From assembly GCA_963836085.1 (NCBI GenBank), contig CAWIHT010000012.1:77449-141448 (forward strand): a stretch of DNA of 64,000 bases, given 5' to 3'. The DNA is from an uncultured Actinomycetota bacterium. Lineage in GTDB: Bacteria > Actinomycetota > Acidimicrobiia > Spongiisociales > UBA5794. The notes beneath the pieces were generated by a model, which had not been told where the DNA came from, did no database searches, and saw only the letters and a program-made list of their open reading frames with translations. Made by a program: the position numbers and the translations under genes. This document shows, piece after piece, positions 1 to 9,293 of the stretch; the first letter of the stretch is position 1; each line of letters begins with the position of its first letter.

Positions 1-749
1 GACGAGCCGCTCTGGATGACCTCTGCGCCTTCATCGAACATTCCGGCATAGTCCAGCGTGGCGGTGATGGCCTCGTCGTGAGCCTCTCCCTCCGTCTCCA
101 TCCATCCGTCGATCGTGTGATACACCGGGGGCAGGATCGGGACCGGCAGATCCTCGATCGCGGTCTGGCCGTCGTCGACGGCGACGAGCACATCGACCGC
201 ACGTACCGGGCTGCGGATGAACGCCCCATCCGGCTCTTCGGTGAGCGAACGGAACACCACGGACACGGCGTAGCCGCGGGCGGTCGGGCGGATGTCGAAT
301 GCCTTCGCCCACTCAACGTAGGAGATTTCGGCATCGTTGGTGTCCGGCAGGTTCGGGAGCGAGGCGTCGTTGACGAACGCCGAAATGAGTTCCTCCGGGA
401 TTGGCCCGTCGACGGTGAAGTAGTCCGTGACGAACCACTCTGCTCGTGCGACTGCGAATAGTTCTGCGATCGATGGCTGAACCGCCATCAAGTCGGCTTC
501 GGAGAGCACCCCGGTGGTGCTGGTGCTGGTTGACGTGGAGGTCTCCGCGACCGCTGCAGTGGTCGTCGACTCGACCGGGGTCGCCAGGGCTGCATCGTCT
601 CCGTGGCCGGGAGCGGTGAACCATTGGATCCCGACGAAGCCGACCACCACCGCGGCGATGACGGCTGCTGCCAGGTAGAGGGTCTTGGTTCGGCCCTGGC
701 GATCCTCCGTGAGCAGGGTGCTCCACGGGATCTCTTCGTATTCGTCCAC
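1..749 (-). CDS. Hypothetical membrane-anchored protein, partial (C-terminus beyond window start). Acidic N-terminus, one TM helix (LYLAAAVIAAVVVGFVGIQWF), Thr/Ser-rich linker, then an extracytoplasmic domain.
   Basis: Hand translation of the minus strand. Frame 2 is open from a GTG at 749..747 (2 nt after the LysM gene stop) to coordinate 1 with no stop, about 250 codons with strong GC3 bias. It is absent from the ORF track because its stop lies outside the window. Confidence 0.55.
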   Translation of the reverse strand, partial: MDEYEEIPWSTLLTEDRQGRTKTLYLAAAVIAAVVVGFVGIQWFTAPGHGDDAALATPVESTTTAAVAETSTSTSTSTTGVLSEADLMAVQPSIAELFAVARAEWFVTDYFTVDGPIPEELISAFVNDASLPNLPDTNDAEISYVEWAKAFDIRPTARGYAVSVVFRSLTEEPDGAFIRSPVRAVDVLVAVDDGQTAIEDLPVPILPPVYHTIDGWMETEGEAHDEAITATLDYAGMFDEGAEVIQSGS

Positions 750-750
750 G

Positions 751-1257
751 TCATACCTCCGGGATCTGGAGTGGCTGTCCTGGGTGGATGAGATTCGGGT
801 CGTCTCCGATGAGCGACCGGTTCGCCTCGTAGATCGCCGGCCAGAAGCGGGCGATCTCAGTGCTCGACGCTTCGGTGCCGTCTCGGGCGGCGAGGACCTC
901 TCCCGCGATACGCCACAGGCAGTCGCCGGGCTTGACGATGTAGGGCCTGTTCGGTCGATTGGACTGACCGGCTGTCTGATGGGTCGCGGCGGGAGTCGGG
1001 GTCGCCGGCGCGATGTCTCCAACCTCGGCGGCGTCGGAGAGACGAACGATCGGTGGAGCAACCGTCGCCGATGCCGCCCTGGGGCGCATTGGGGCTGCGA
1101 TCACGCTGACCACCACAAGGACCGCGGCGATCGGCCGGATGGGGAATGGGATGTCGACGGCGCCGAGACGGCGGGCGGCAACCGGCAGCGATCCGATCGC
1201 TCCCAGCGTCAGGGTGACAATCGCGATTCCGCCGCACAACGCCATGGCAGGTTCCAT
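751..1257 (-). CDS. LysM domain-containing membrane protein
   Basis: C-terminal LysM motif YIVKPGDCLWRIAGEVL...IHPGQPLQIP. N-terminal hydrophobic segments. Confidence 0.7.
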   Translation of the reverse strand: MEPAMALCGGIAIVTLTLGAIGSLPVAARRLGAVDIPFPIRPIAAVLVVVSVIAAPMRPRAASATVAPPIVRLSDAAEVGDIAPATPTPAATHQTAGQSNRPNRPYIVKPGDCLWRIAGEVLAARDGTEASSTEIARFWPAIYEANRSLIGDDPNLIHPGQPLQIPEV

Positions 1258-1354
1258 GGATCGAAGGTACCGATAGCCTCAATTGACATCAAGAGGGGTG
1301 GTTAGGCAATGTTTCCGCGACCTGTGCGATGCCGATGGACCGCGGCGGTCTCGA

Positions 1355-2368
1355 TCAGAACCCTTCGAGGACGATCTTTCCGCGTGCTGTGCCGGTCTCG
1401 AGCTGCGCGTGTGCCCGGATCAGGGTCGCTGCGTCGATCGTGCCGGCAACTTCCGTCACTGTGGATCGAATGCGGCCCGCGTCGACCAGAGCGGCTACTT
1501 CGTTGAGGAGTCTGCCCTGTTCCGCCATGTCCGGAGTGGTGAAGAGCGACCGGGTGAACATCAGCTCCCAGTGCAGGGATATGGCTTTGCCCTTCAGCAT
1601 CGTGGCATCGAGTCCGACGGGGTCATCGATCAGGCCGAATCGCCCCTGCGGTGCAATCAACTCAACGGTGTCCGCGAGATGCTGACCGGTCTGCGTGGTC
1701 GAGAACACGAAGCCGGGAGCGCCCAGCCCGAGGGCCTCGACCTGAGGAGCCATGGGGCGGCCATGGTCGACCACGTGGTGGGCGCCGAGCTCTCGCACCC
1801 ATTCCTGCGTCTCGGTACGTGACGCGGAGGCGATCACCGTCAGGTTGGTCAGTGCCCTGAGGAGCTGGATGGTGATTGAACCGACGCCGCCAGCGCCCCC
1901 GATGACCAGGATGATCTCTCCCCCCTGCGGGGTTGGGCGGTTGACATCGAGTCGGTCGAACAGCATCTCCCATGCAGTGATAGCCGTGAGGGGAAGTGCC
2001 GCTGCCTCCGCATCACTAGCGGTGGCCGGCTTGTTGCCAACGATGCGTTCGTCCACAACGTGAAACTCGCTGTTGGTGCCGGGCCGGGCGATGGAGCCGG
2101 CGTAGAAGACCGCATCGCCAACTGCGAAATCCTCGACGTCGGGCCCGACGGCCTCGACAACCCCCGAAGCGTCGTATCCGAGGACCTGCCAGTCGCCCCC
2201 TTGTGGCGGCCTGTTCTGACGAACCTTCGTGTCGACGGGGTTCACCGACACAGCAGCAACCCTGACGAGCACGTCGCGGCCTACGGGGTCGGGCCTCTCG
2301 AGCGTGATGTCCAGCAGCGCATCCTCACGATCGACCGGACCGGGTGTCCTATAGGCAACGGCTTTCAT
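1355..2368 (-). CDS. Zinc-type alcohol dehydrogenase / quinone oxidoreductase (MDR superfamily)
   Basis: MKAVAYRTPGP...GGAGGVGSITIQLL Rossmann motif, 337 aa from the ATG at 2368. A GGAGGA Shine-Dalgarno sits just upstream. The long ORF N-terminal extension is an Arg/Ser-rich artefact. Confidence 0.85.
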   Translation of the reverse strand: MKAVAYRTPGPVDREDALLDITLERPDPVGRDVLVRVAAVSVNPVDTKVRQNRPPQGGDWQVLGYDASGVVEAVGPDVEDFAVGDAVFYAGSIARPGTNSEFHVVDERIVGNKPATASDAEAAALPLTAITAWEMLFDRLDVNRPTPQGGEIILVIGGAGGVGSITIQLLRALTNLTVIASASRTETQEWVRELGAHHVVDHGRPMAPQVEALGLGAPGFVFSTTQTGQHLADTVELIAPQGRFGLIDDPVGLDATMLKGKAISLHWELMFTRSLFTTPDMAEQGRLLNEVAALVDAGRIRSTVTEVAGTIDAATLIRAHAQLETGTARGKIVLEGF

Positions 2369-2429
2369 GGTCTTCCTCCGGTTGTGATGGAACGCTGGCG
2401 GTGCGTGACGGGCCGAGGACGCGGGGCGG

Positions 2430-2921
2430 TCAGGCGGTGGAACTCGGGGTGAGGGTTGAGAGGGCATCGCCACCGACCCGATCTGCGAGCTTCCCCAGAA
2501 GGTCCCCGAGTTGGGCGAGTTCGTTGTCCGTGAGGTGTGACCCGACGTGCTCGTCGATGCCGCGGAGGTGCACACGCCCAGCCTCCCGGAAGACCTCCTC
2601 TCCCCGTGGTGTGAGCGTGACGAAGGTCCCCCGGCGGTCCGAGCCGCACGCCCGACGCTCGACGAGTCCATCCGACGCGAGCCGATCGACGAGGCGGGTG
2701 GTCGCGCTGCGGCTCAATCCGATCTGGTCGGCGAGGTCGCTCGGCCTCATGGACGCCTCCTCGGACTGGGCGAGGATCAGAAGGATTGAATACCAGTCGA
2801 GAGAGATCGGTGTCTCGTCCTCCATCTCACGAGCGAGGACGGCATTCACCCGCGTCAGCGCGGTCATCACGCTCCGCCATGCGTCCGACGCCGGGGTGGT
2901 TCTGATCTTCACGGCACTCAT
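2430..2921 (-). CDS. MarR family transcriptional regulator
   Basis: Winged-helix MarR core (LSRSATTRLVDRLASDGLVERRACGSDRRGTFVTLTPRG). ATG at 2921 chosen; the ORF track begins at a TTG (2957) that lies inside the operator. Confidence 0.8.
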   Translation of the reverse strand: MSAVKIRTTPASDAWRSVMTALTRVNAVLAREMEDETPISLDWYSILLILAQSEEASMRPSDLADQIGLSRSATTRLVDRLASDGLVERRACGSDRRGTFVTLTPRGEEVFREAGRVHLRGIDEHVGSHLTDNELAQLGDLLGKLADRVGGDALSTLTPSSTA

Positions 2922-2944
2922 CTTCAAGACCCTAGAGAAATTAG

Positions 2945-3004
2945 TTGCATAACGCAATCACATGCCATATAGTTGCGTACTGCAATCGTTGCACAACGCA
3001 ATCA
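2945..3004. promoter_or_regulatory. Three copies of a 16-bp TTGC-N5-GCAATC palindrome in the marR/yceI divergent intergenic region
   Basis: ttgcataacgcaatca (2945..2960), ttgcgtactgcaatcg (2973..2988), ttgcacaacgcaatca (2989..3004). The second and third are directly abutting. The region is locally AT-rich. Confidence 0.6.
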
Positions 3005-3016
3005 TAGGAGAATCCA

Positions 3017-3598
3017 ATGTCAACCACGACCCAAGAACTCACCAGAACGATCGACGGGGCAGTCGTCCCCGCTGCCGGCACATGGACCATCGACGGATCC
3101 CACACCTCTGCGGAGTTCATCGTTCGCCATCTGATGGTTGCCAAGGTGCGCGGTGGATTCGAGTCCGTCTCCGGCACGATCGAGGTAGCGGAGGATCCGA
3201 CCGCCTCCCGTGTCGAAGTCGTGATCGATACCGCATCCGTCTCGACCGGCGACGCGGAACGCGACGGTCACGTCAAATCGGCCGACTTCTTCGACATCGA
3301 GAACCACGCCGAGATGCGATTCGTGTCAACAGCCGTGCGCGCCAGCGGATCGTCCTGGATCCTCGATGGCGACCTCCTGATCAAGGACGTCACCAAGCCG
3401 GTGACCCTCGAGTTCGAATTCGTCGGCCTGGCCACCGATCCGTGGGGCAATCAGAAGGCAGCCTTCTCGGCCACCACAACAATCAACCGCGAGGACTGGG
3501 GCTTGAGCTGGAACGTCCCCCTCGAGACCGGCGGCGTCCTCGTCTCGAAGAAGGTCATCATCGAGATCGAGATGCAAGCCGCACCCGCTATCGCCTGA
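3017..3598 (+). CDS. YceI family protein (polyisoprenoid-binding, periplasmic-like)
   Basis: YceI-like sequence over the full length. AGGAG Shine-Dalgarno 7 nt upstream of the ATG. Confidence 0.85.
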   Translation: MSTTTQELTRTIDGAVVPAAGTWTIDGSHTSAEFIVRHLMVAKVRGGFESVSGTIEVAEDPTASRVEVVIDTASVSTGDAERDGHVKSADFFDIENHAEMRFVSTAVRASGSSWILDGDLLIKDVTKPVTLEFEFVGLATDPWGNQKAAFSATTTINREDWGLSWNVPLETGGVLVSKKVIIEIEMQAAPAIA

Positions 3599-3612
3599 CA
3601 GGTATCGGCGTG

Positions 3613-3642
3613 ACAGGGGTTCGGAACGTCCGGCCCCTGTCC
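3613..3642. terminator. GC-rich imperfect hairpin between convergent genes
   Basis: gacagggg ... cccctgtc 8-bp arms with an inner CGGA/TCCG extension. No U-tract, which is common for high-GC terminators. Confidence 0.35.
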
Positions 3643-3816
3643 CCGCCATGCCGGTGAGGAACCCACCCGTCTTCGAGGAACAAGCACCTTCGGACCGGTC
3701 ACATCCCGGTGGTGGGCTGGCGCACCATGGATCTCGATCTCGTCCTTGTCGTGGCGCATCCACGGCCTGAGCTTCATGGGACGAACACGCACGCGTAGGG
3801 CCGTTGGACGCCGAGT

Positions 3817-4542
3817 TCACGGTCGGCGGTACTGGACCGCGTTGCCGACCTTGCCAACGGGAACCAAGACCTCGGCGCTGCGCAGGCAGTAGGCCATCTG
3901 TTGGGCAATGCGTCGTGATCGACCGAGGGCCGTTGCCAGGTCTTCCGTCGTGAACGTCTCGGGGAGTCCGGCGGGGATCAATGCCGCCAGGTCGTCGACA
4001 CCGGAGATCATCGCCGTGTTCACAACGTCGACCAGGCGACGTTCGATCACCATCCAACCCTTGCGTCGCCAGGCCCGGCCGGGCGCATGCTGGCGGTACT
4101 CCTCCTCGGTGGTCAGCACCAGGTGCACCTCCAGCAATGGGTGCGCAACGAGATCGGGGAAGCTCACGAGTTCTGCGAAGACGTCGATCGGTGTCCCGTG
4201 GCGAGGGGACCGTCGGCGCCCGAGTTCGGTCCCATCTCCGTCGACCTTCACGATCCACCGGTCCAGAGCGATCGGATGAACGATCCTCACCCTCCACCCA
4301 AGCTCCAGAAGGGCCGTGACCTTCTGCTTCATCGAGGAGAACCCGCGCGTCTGTATCTCGATGAGCAGGTCGTCTCTGACCAGGTCGACGACGAACCGGT
4401 CGACGGGCACCTCGATACGGTCACCGGGACGCGAGTACCAGCGCTTCAGAGCAGCGTGCAGGTGTTTCTCCCCGAGAGTCCCGATGTGGGGTGCGGTGCC
4501 GGTCACGTGCGCGAGCGTAGGCCCAGACGACGGTGCACCCAT
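3817..4542 (-). CDS. Conserved hypothetical protein with a possible PD-(D/E)xK-like nuclease fold and a C-terminal winged-helix-like segment
   Basis: 241 aa. Motif FVVDLVRDDLLIEIQTRGF (D...E.Q). No confident family assignment. Confidence 0.5.
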   Translation of the reverse strand: MGAPSSGPTLAHVTGTAPHIGTLGEKHLHAALKRWYSRPGDRIEVPVDRFVVDLVRDDLLIEIQTRGFSSMKQKVTALLELGWRVRIVHPIALDRWIVKVDGDGTELGRRRSPRHGTPIDVFAELVSFPDLVAHPLLEVHLVLTTEEEYRQHAPGRAWRRKGWMVIERRLVDVVNTAMISGVDDLAALIPAGLPETFTTEDLATALGRSRRIAQQMAYCLRSAEVLVPVGKVGNAVQYRRP

Positions 4543-4595
4543 GAATCAACGACATCGGCCCCGGCTTCATTGGGGCGCCTCACACCAGCGATCCG

Positions 4596-5600
4596 TCAGC
4601 CGCCGATGTAGGACATCTCCACCTTCGGGAGTCCGATTGCCACGCCGGAACGGTCTTCGCTGTACCGGTCGGTCCTGGCTTCCCACACGCCGGTGATGAT
4701 TCCGTTGAGGTCATCGTCCGTCGCCCCGGTGCGCATCGCGTCGCGGAGATCGGTGCCGGCGTGAGCGAACAGGCACGTGTAGATCGAACCATCGGCGGAG
4801 AGCCTCAGTCGTGAGCATTCGCCGCAGAAGGGGTTGGTCACCGAGGCGATAACGCCGATCTCGCCGGCACCGTCGCGATACCGCCAGCGGTTCACGACCT
4901 CGCCGGTGTAGTTCGGCTCAACGGGGTCGAGCGGCCACTCGGCGCCGATCGTTGCGAGGATCTCATCGGCCCCGAGGACGTCGTCCATCCTCCATCCATT
5001 GGAAGAACCGACGTCCATGTATTCGATGAATCTCACGATGTGCCCGGTCCCCCGGAACATCCCCGCGATCTCCAGCAGGGCATCGTCGTTGAGGCCGCGA
5101 CGCACGACGGTGTTGATCTTCACGGGGGAGAGTCCGGCGTTCTTCGCCTCGTCGATTCCCTCGAGGACGCGCGCCACGGGGAAGTCGACGTCGGCAGCGT
5201 GACGGAAACGGACGTCGTCTACGGCGTCGAGGCTCACCGTGATGCGATCAAGACCGGCGTCTGCGAGCGCTTGCGCATGGCGAGCCAGGGTGCTCCCGTT
5301 GCTGGTCATCGCCACATCCCGGATCCCGTCGACCGCCGCGACTCGTTCCACAAGATCGGCAACGCCGTGCCGGAGCAGCGGTTCGCCACCCGTCAGTCGG
5401 ATCTTCTCCACACCGAGACCGGCGAACAGTCCGACGAGTCGTTCGATCTCCTCGAACGTGAGGATCTCGTCGCGCGGCAGGAAGACGTGATCTCGGTCGT
5501 AGACGTCGCGCGGCATGCAATACGCACACCGGAAGTTGCAGCGGTCCGTGACGGACACGCGCAGGTCGCGCAACGGTCTACCAAGTGTGTCGAGAAGCAT
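4596..5600 (-). CDS. moaA: GTP 3',8-cyclase MoaA (radical SAM, molybdenum cofactor biosynthesis)
   Basis: CNFRCAYCMP radical-SAM CxxxCxxC motif, second cluster cysteines, C-terminal GG. 334 aa. Confidence 0.95.
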   Translation of the reverse strand: MLLDTLGRPLRDLRVSVTDRCNFRCAYCMPRDVYDRDHVFLPRDEILTFEEIERLVGLFAGLGVEKIRLTGGEPLLRHGVADLVERVAAVDGIRDVAMTSNGSTLARHAQALADAGLDRITVSLDAVDDVRFRHAADVDFPVARVLEGIDEAKNAGLSPVKINTVVRRGLNDDALLEIAGMFRGTGHIVRFIEYMDVGSSNGWRMDDVLGADEILATIGAEWPLDPVEPNYTGEVVNRWRYRDGAGEIGVIASVTNPFCGECSRLRLSADGSIYTCLFAHAGTDLRDAMRTGATDDDLNGIITGVWEARTDRYSEDRSGVAIGLPKVEMSYIGG

Positions 5601-5639
5601 CGATCAGAGGCTACCGAACGTTCGGCGCTCCGGATACGC

Positions 5640-6755
5640 TCAGCGAATGAGGTCGAGGAACTCGCTCCGGGTGCGGGGATCTTCCTTGAACGTGCCGGTC
5701 ATGGCGCTGGTGATCATGGCGCTCTCCTGCTTTTGGACACCGCGCATCATCATGCAGAGGTGTCGCCCTTCCATCACAACGGCGACGCCGTGCGGATCGA
5801 GAATGTCGGTGAGAGCGTCGCCGACTTGGTTCGTCAAGCGCTCCTGCACCTGGAGACGGCGGGCGAACACGTCGACAATCCGTGCGACCTTCGAGAGGCC
5901 GATGATCTTCCCCTTCGGGAGATACGCAACGGCTGCCTTCCCGAAGAACGGCAGCATGTGGTGCTCGCACATCGAGTAGAACTCGATGTCCTTCACCAGC
6001 ACCATCTCCTCGGCGCCTTCCGCGTCGAACACGGCATTGTTCACGACCTCCTCGAGCGAGGTCGAGTAGCCACTCGTGAGGTAGTCCATCGCTTTGGCGA
6101 CCCGCAGCGGCGTGCGCTGTAGGCCTTCGCGATCGGGATCCTCACCGATTTCGAGGAGTTGCTCGCGAACGAGGCCCTCGAACTTCGGGGCGTACACGTC
6201 AGCAACATCGTCGAAGTCTTCGGGTGCCCGAGGTGAATAGGGAGTACTCAGGTGAATAGCCATGACAATACGAACCTCTCCTGGGCCTACGTGTTTCGCT
6301 ATTTCTTTCGTAGTCCGACCATCACTTGGATGAACCCAATCTGGCGCAACTTCCGCGATCGGGATCGCGACATGCGGGGCGGTGCCCGCGAGGGGGTCCG
6401 GGAGCACCCATCCGTCGTGGTCGATCTCGACCTCTCCGAAGTAGGCAATGTCGAGGTCGATCGTGCGCGGTGCGTCCGGATCATCGGTCCGCTCTCGACC
6501 CAACTCCTGCTCGATCGCCCGGAGGGCCATCCGCAGATCCACAGGTCCAAGCTCCGTACACACGAGGACCGCTGCGTTGAAGAAGTCGGGAGCGCCCGCA
6601 GGCCCACCGACCGACGGGCTCTCGTAGAACCGGCTCACCTTCTCGACGGTGATGTGCGGTGCACGGCGGAGGAGTCGGATCGCCTCCGGCAGATTGCGCT
6701 CACGCTCGATGTTCGAGCCAATGGCGATGATGGCTTTGGCCGTCCCGTCACGCAT
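5640..6755 (-). CDS. Bifunctional fusion: HPPK (6-hydroxymethyl-7,8-dihydropterin pyrophosphokinase, FolK) N-terminal domain with GTP cyclohydrolase I (FolE) C-terminal domain
   Basis: Single uninterrupted ORF. N-terminal half has AIIAIGSNI...[12 protein letters not shown]...[14 protein letters not shown] (HPPK). C-terminal half has [15 protein letters not shown]...[46 protein letters not shown] (GCH-I). ATG at 6755 lies 2 nt after the folB stop. Confidence 0.85.
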   Translation of the reverse strand: MRDGTAKAIIAIGSNIERERNLPEAIRLLRRAPHITVEKVSRFYESPSVGGPAGAPDFFNAAVLVCTELGPVDLRMALRAIEQELGRERTDDPDAPRTIDLDIAYFGEVEIDHDGWVLPDPLAGTAPHVAIPIAEVAPDWVHPSDGRTTKEIAKHVGPGEVRIVMAIHLSTPYSPRAPEDFDDVADVYAPKFEGLVREQLLEIGEDPDREGLQRTPLRVAKAMDYLTSGYSTSLEEVVNNAVFDAEGAEEMVLVKDIEFYSMCEHHMLPFFGKAAVAYLPKGKIIGLSKVARIVDVFARRLQVQERLTNQVGDALTDILDPHGVAVVMEGRHLCMMMRGVQKQESAMITSAMTGTFKEDPRTRSEFLDLIR

Positions 6756-7128
6756 CGGCAAGCTCCTTTCTGGTTCGGTGGATCGTGATGCCGACCGAAC
6801 GAGCATGACGCAAGGCGCCCGGCTTCTCCACGGTCATCTCGACCACAGCCACGCGATCGTCCGACGCGAAGCAGATCTCGACGAGTTCAGCAACGAGGCG
6901 CTCCACGAGCATCGGCTCACCGTCTTCAATGTGCTTGATGAGTCGCTTCGTGATCGTTCGGTAGTTGACGGCATCGTCGATGTCGTCGCTCATTGCTGCC
7001 GGGCGTGTGTCGGCCCAGAGCGTGGCATTGATGAGGATGTCCTGCGGGTTCACCCGCTCATCCGGGTTGATCCCCAAGATCCCCGAAACCAGCAGATCCT
7101 TGATAAGTATCCGATCGAACCCGTTCAT
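6748..7128 (-). CDS. folB: Dihydroneopterin aldolase FolB
   Basis: [38 protein letters not shown]... typical FolB, 126 aa. Only the C-terminal part of the 442-aa track ORF is real. Confidence 0.85.
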   Translation of the reverse strand: MNGFDRILIKDLLVSGILGINPDERVNPQDILINATLWADTRPAAMSDDIDDAVNYRTITKRLIKHIEDGEPMLVERLVAELVEICFASDDRVAVVEMTVEKPGALRHARSVGITIHRTRKELADA

Positions 7129-7184
7129 GAGGTCCTCCCCTGCTCGAACTGGCGATTGGCGACGAGCGACTGGTGATTGGCGAC

Positions 7185-7916
7185 TCACAAGAGGTGCCCT
7201 CCTCCGTCGACTCGAATGATCTCTCCCGTCACGAAATCGTTCTCGAGCAGGGAGAGCACGGCAGCGACCACCGGCGTCGTCCCTCCCGCCCGCTCGAGTG
7301 GTAGTTCGGCGGCGAGGCGGGCGACGTAGTCGTCGTCCTCGTTGGGTGGTGGCAGGATCACGCCGAGTGCGACGGCATTCACCCGGATCCGTGGTGCGAG
7401 TTGGAGCGCCGCCGTCCTGGTGAATGTGTCGATCCCGCCTTTGGCGACGATGTAGCTGAAGTGCTCCCGGTAGGGGCTCTGGGTGCGGACGTCGGTGATG
7501 TTGACCACCGCGCCGTCGAGATCGTCCGGGAGTGAGTTGGCGAGGGCCTGGGTCGCGAAGACCGGCGATGCCAAGGTCAGGTCGAGCGTTCGCCTCCAGT
7601 CTTCGAGCGTCACGTCCCCGAGAGTGTCCGTGGGAAACCCTGAGGCGCTGTTCACGAGAACCGATGGGGTACCCAGCGACTGTTCGGCGAGGGTGATGAG
7701 TTCGCCGCCGGTCGACGGATCGGACAAGTCGACAGATCCAGTCGCTGCCCGCACACCGAGGCGGCGCACCGCATCGGCTGTCTCCTCTGCGGGTCCGGCA
7801 GATCGGTTGTAGTGAACGAACACATCGGCGCCGGCACCCGCCAGACCGAGAGCAATGGATCGTCCAACGCGGACGCCTCCACCGGTCACGATCGCAACTC
7901 TTCCACGTAGTTCCAT
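7185..7916 (-). CDS. SDR family NAD(P)-dependent oxidoreductase (possibly a pteridine/dihydromonapterin reductase-like enzyme, given context)
   Basis: RVAIVTGGGVRVGRSIA Rossmann motif, YxxxK-type catalytic region (YIVAKGG). Start taken at MELRGRV. Confidence 0.8.
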   Translation of the reverse strand: MELRGRVAIVTGGGVRVGRSIALGLAGAGADVFVHYNRSAGPAEETADAVRRLGVRAATGSVDLSDPSTGGELITLAEQSLGTPSVLVNSASGFPTDTLGDVTLEDWRRTLDLTLASPVFATQALANSLPDDLDGAVVNITDVRTQSPYREHFSYIVAKGGIDTFTRTAALQLAPRIRVNAVALGVILPPPNEDDDYVARLAAELPLERAGGTTPVVAAVLSLLENDFVTGEIIRVDGGGHLL

Positions 7917-8005
7917 GGCTTTGAGCGTAACCACCCTGGGATTGTTCGCCGGGTGGTTTTGCGGGTAACCGCTGCCTTGCTCCGTGACCGCCTATCCTGG
8001 CCTCC

Positions 8006-8584
8006 GTGAGCAAGGAAGACCCGAAACACGGACGCTGGATCCTCCCCGTTGTGGTTGCCGCGTTGATTGGAATCACCTACCTCTTCGTCAACGCGCTCCC
8101 GCCGGCGGAGATCCCCGTAGGGACCACAACCACGGTTGTGGCCTCCGAGACCACGACGACGACGGCGGCCGGCGCAACGACCTCCACCACACTCCCCTCT
8201 GACCTCGCTGCGTTCCTCCAACTCGTCGACGAGTACGCATCAGACGCAACCACGATTGCCGCCGAGATCGATGCCGCCAACACGGCGTGGGAGAACGACG
8301 AAGCGTCGTTCGCCGACACGCTGGCCTCGTTCGAGGCTTCGGGGGTCGAGGCGGAGACACTCAGCGACAGCGTCGCCGCCACCAATGCGCCCGACGCGTA
8401 TGCCGCGGTCTGGCCCGATGCCGTGACAGCCGCCGCAGCCCTTCCTCCCGGCGTGGACGCCGTCATCGAAGGTCTTCGTGCCCCGGACGACGGGACCGCC
8501 CGCCGCGAAGCTGTGGCCGCGTACGCGTCACTGACCGACGAGTTCCTCACCGCCATCGACGCGGTGAAGGCCGCTACCCCGTAG
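8006..8584 (+). CDS. Hypothetical membrane-anchored protein with Thr-rich linker
   Basis: N-terminal TM (ILPVVVAALIGITYLFV), TTTVVASETTTTTAAGATTSTT linker, Ala-rich C-terminal domain. GTG start uncertain. Confidence 0.5.
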   Translation: MSKEDPKHGRWILPVVVAALIGITYLFVNALPPAEIPVGTTTTVVASETTTTTAAGATTSTTLPSDLAAFLQLVDEYASDATTIAAEIDAANTAWENDEASFADTLASFEASGVEAETLSDSVAATNAPDAYAAVWPDAVTAAAALPPGVDAVIEGLRAPDDGTARREAVAAYASLTDEFLTAIDAVKAATP

Positions 8585-8636
8585 CGGTGGTGGGCCAACC
8601 GGCATCGGTTGGGGATCCGACGAGCCAAGCTCCGCA

Positions 8637-9065
8637 ATGGTGCCGAGAGGATGCGCATTGTCCGCACCGAACCTGAGACTCGCCGGTCCTGTGCTCGACG
8701 CAGCACATCCGCTCGAACTTGCCCGGTTCTACGAACGACTCCTCGGTTGGCCCATCGTTCGCAGTGAGGGACCCCGGTCCGGAGGCCCGCCTGAGGATGG
8801 TTGGGCGCTGCTGCGATCACCGGACGGATCACAGAAGATCGAGATCCAGTGGGAACCCGGCTACGTCGCTCCAACCTGGCCCCCGGTTGCCGGCGAGCAA
8901 CTCATGATGATCCATCTCGACTTCGGCGTAGACGATCTCGATGCGGGGGTCGTCTGGGCAACCGACACTGGAGCACGGCTTGCCGACCATCAACCTCAAG
9001 AGCACGTGCGGGTATTACTCGACCCCGAAGGCCACCCGTTCTGCCTCTTCGCCGACGAACGCTGA
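8637..9065 (+). CDS. VOC (glyoxalase/bleomycin-resistance) family protein
   Basis: LARFYERLLGW...IHLDFGVDDLDAGV...HPFCLF pattern typical of the VOC fold. Confidence 0.6.
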   Translation: MVPRGCALSAPNLRLAGPVLDAAHPLELARFYERLLGWPIVRSEGPRSGGPPEDGWALLRSPDGSQKIEIQWEPGYVAPTWPPVAGEQLMMIHLDFGVDDLDAGVVWATDTGARLADHQPQEHVRVLLDPEGHPFCLFADER

Positions 9066-9293
9066 ACGACGCGGCCGGGAGGCCGGTCGCCGTCGGATGC
9101 CGGCGTCGACGAACGTGGGAGAATCCCTACCGCCGACTGCCGACACGGTCGTGTTCCTCGCGACCTCATTGGACCCATACGCTTCCAGGGCGTTCGGCGG
9201 TCGTGGTGGCAGCAACAAACGATAGGAGTTGGGCGATGACCCGCCGACGTCGTACGCAGGGAGAGAACTGATTCCGAGTCTCAATGACCCATC

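Noticed and set aside
3326-4297. 323-aa ORF on the minus strand overlapping yceI and the 3817..4542 gene
   Set aside because: Arg/Gly/Pro-rich composition and antisense position to well-supported genes. A typical shadow ORF of a high-GC genome.
5040-6122. 360-aa plus-strand ORF antisense to moaA and the folKE fusion
   Set aside because: Overlaps two high-confidence genes on the other strand and has no recognisable domain. GC-driven open frame.
6748-8076. 442-aa ORF containing FolB
   Set aside because: Only the last 126 codons (from [10 protein letters not shown]) are FolB. The upstream part overlaps the SDR gene in another frame and is Arg-rich artefact.
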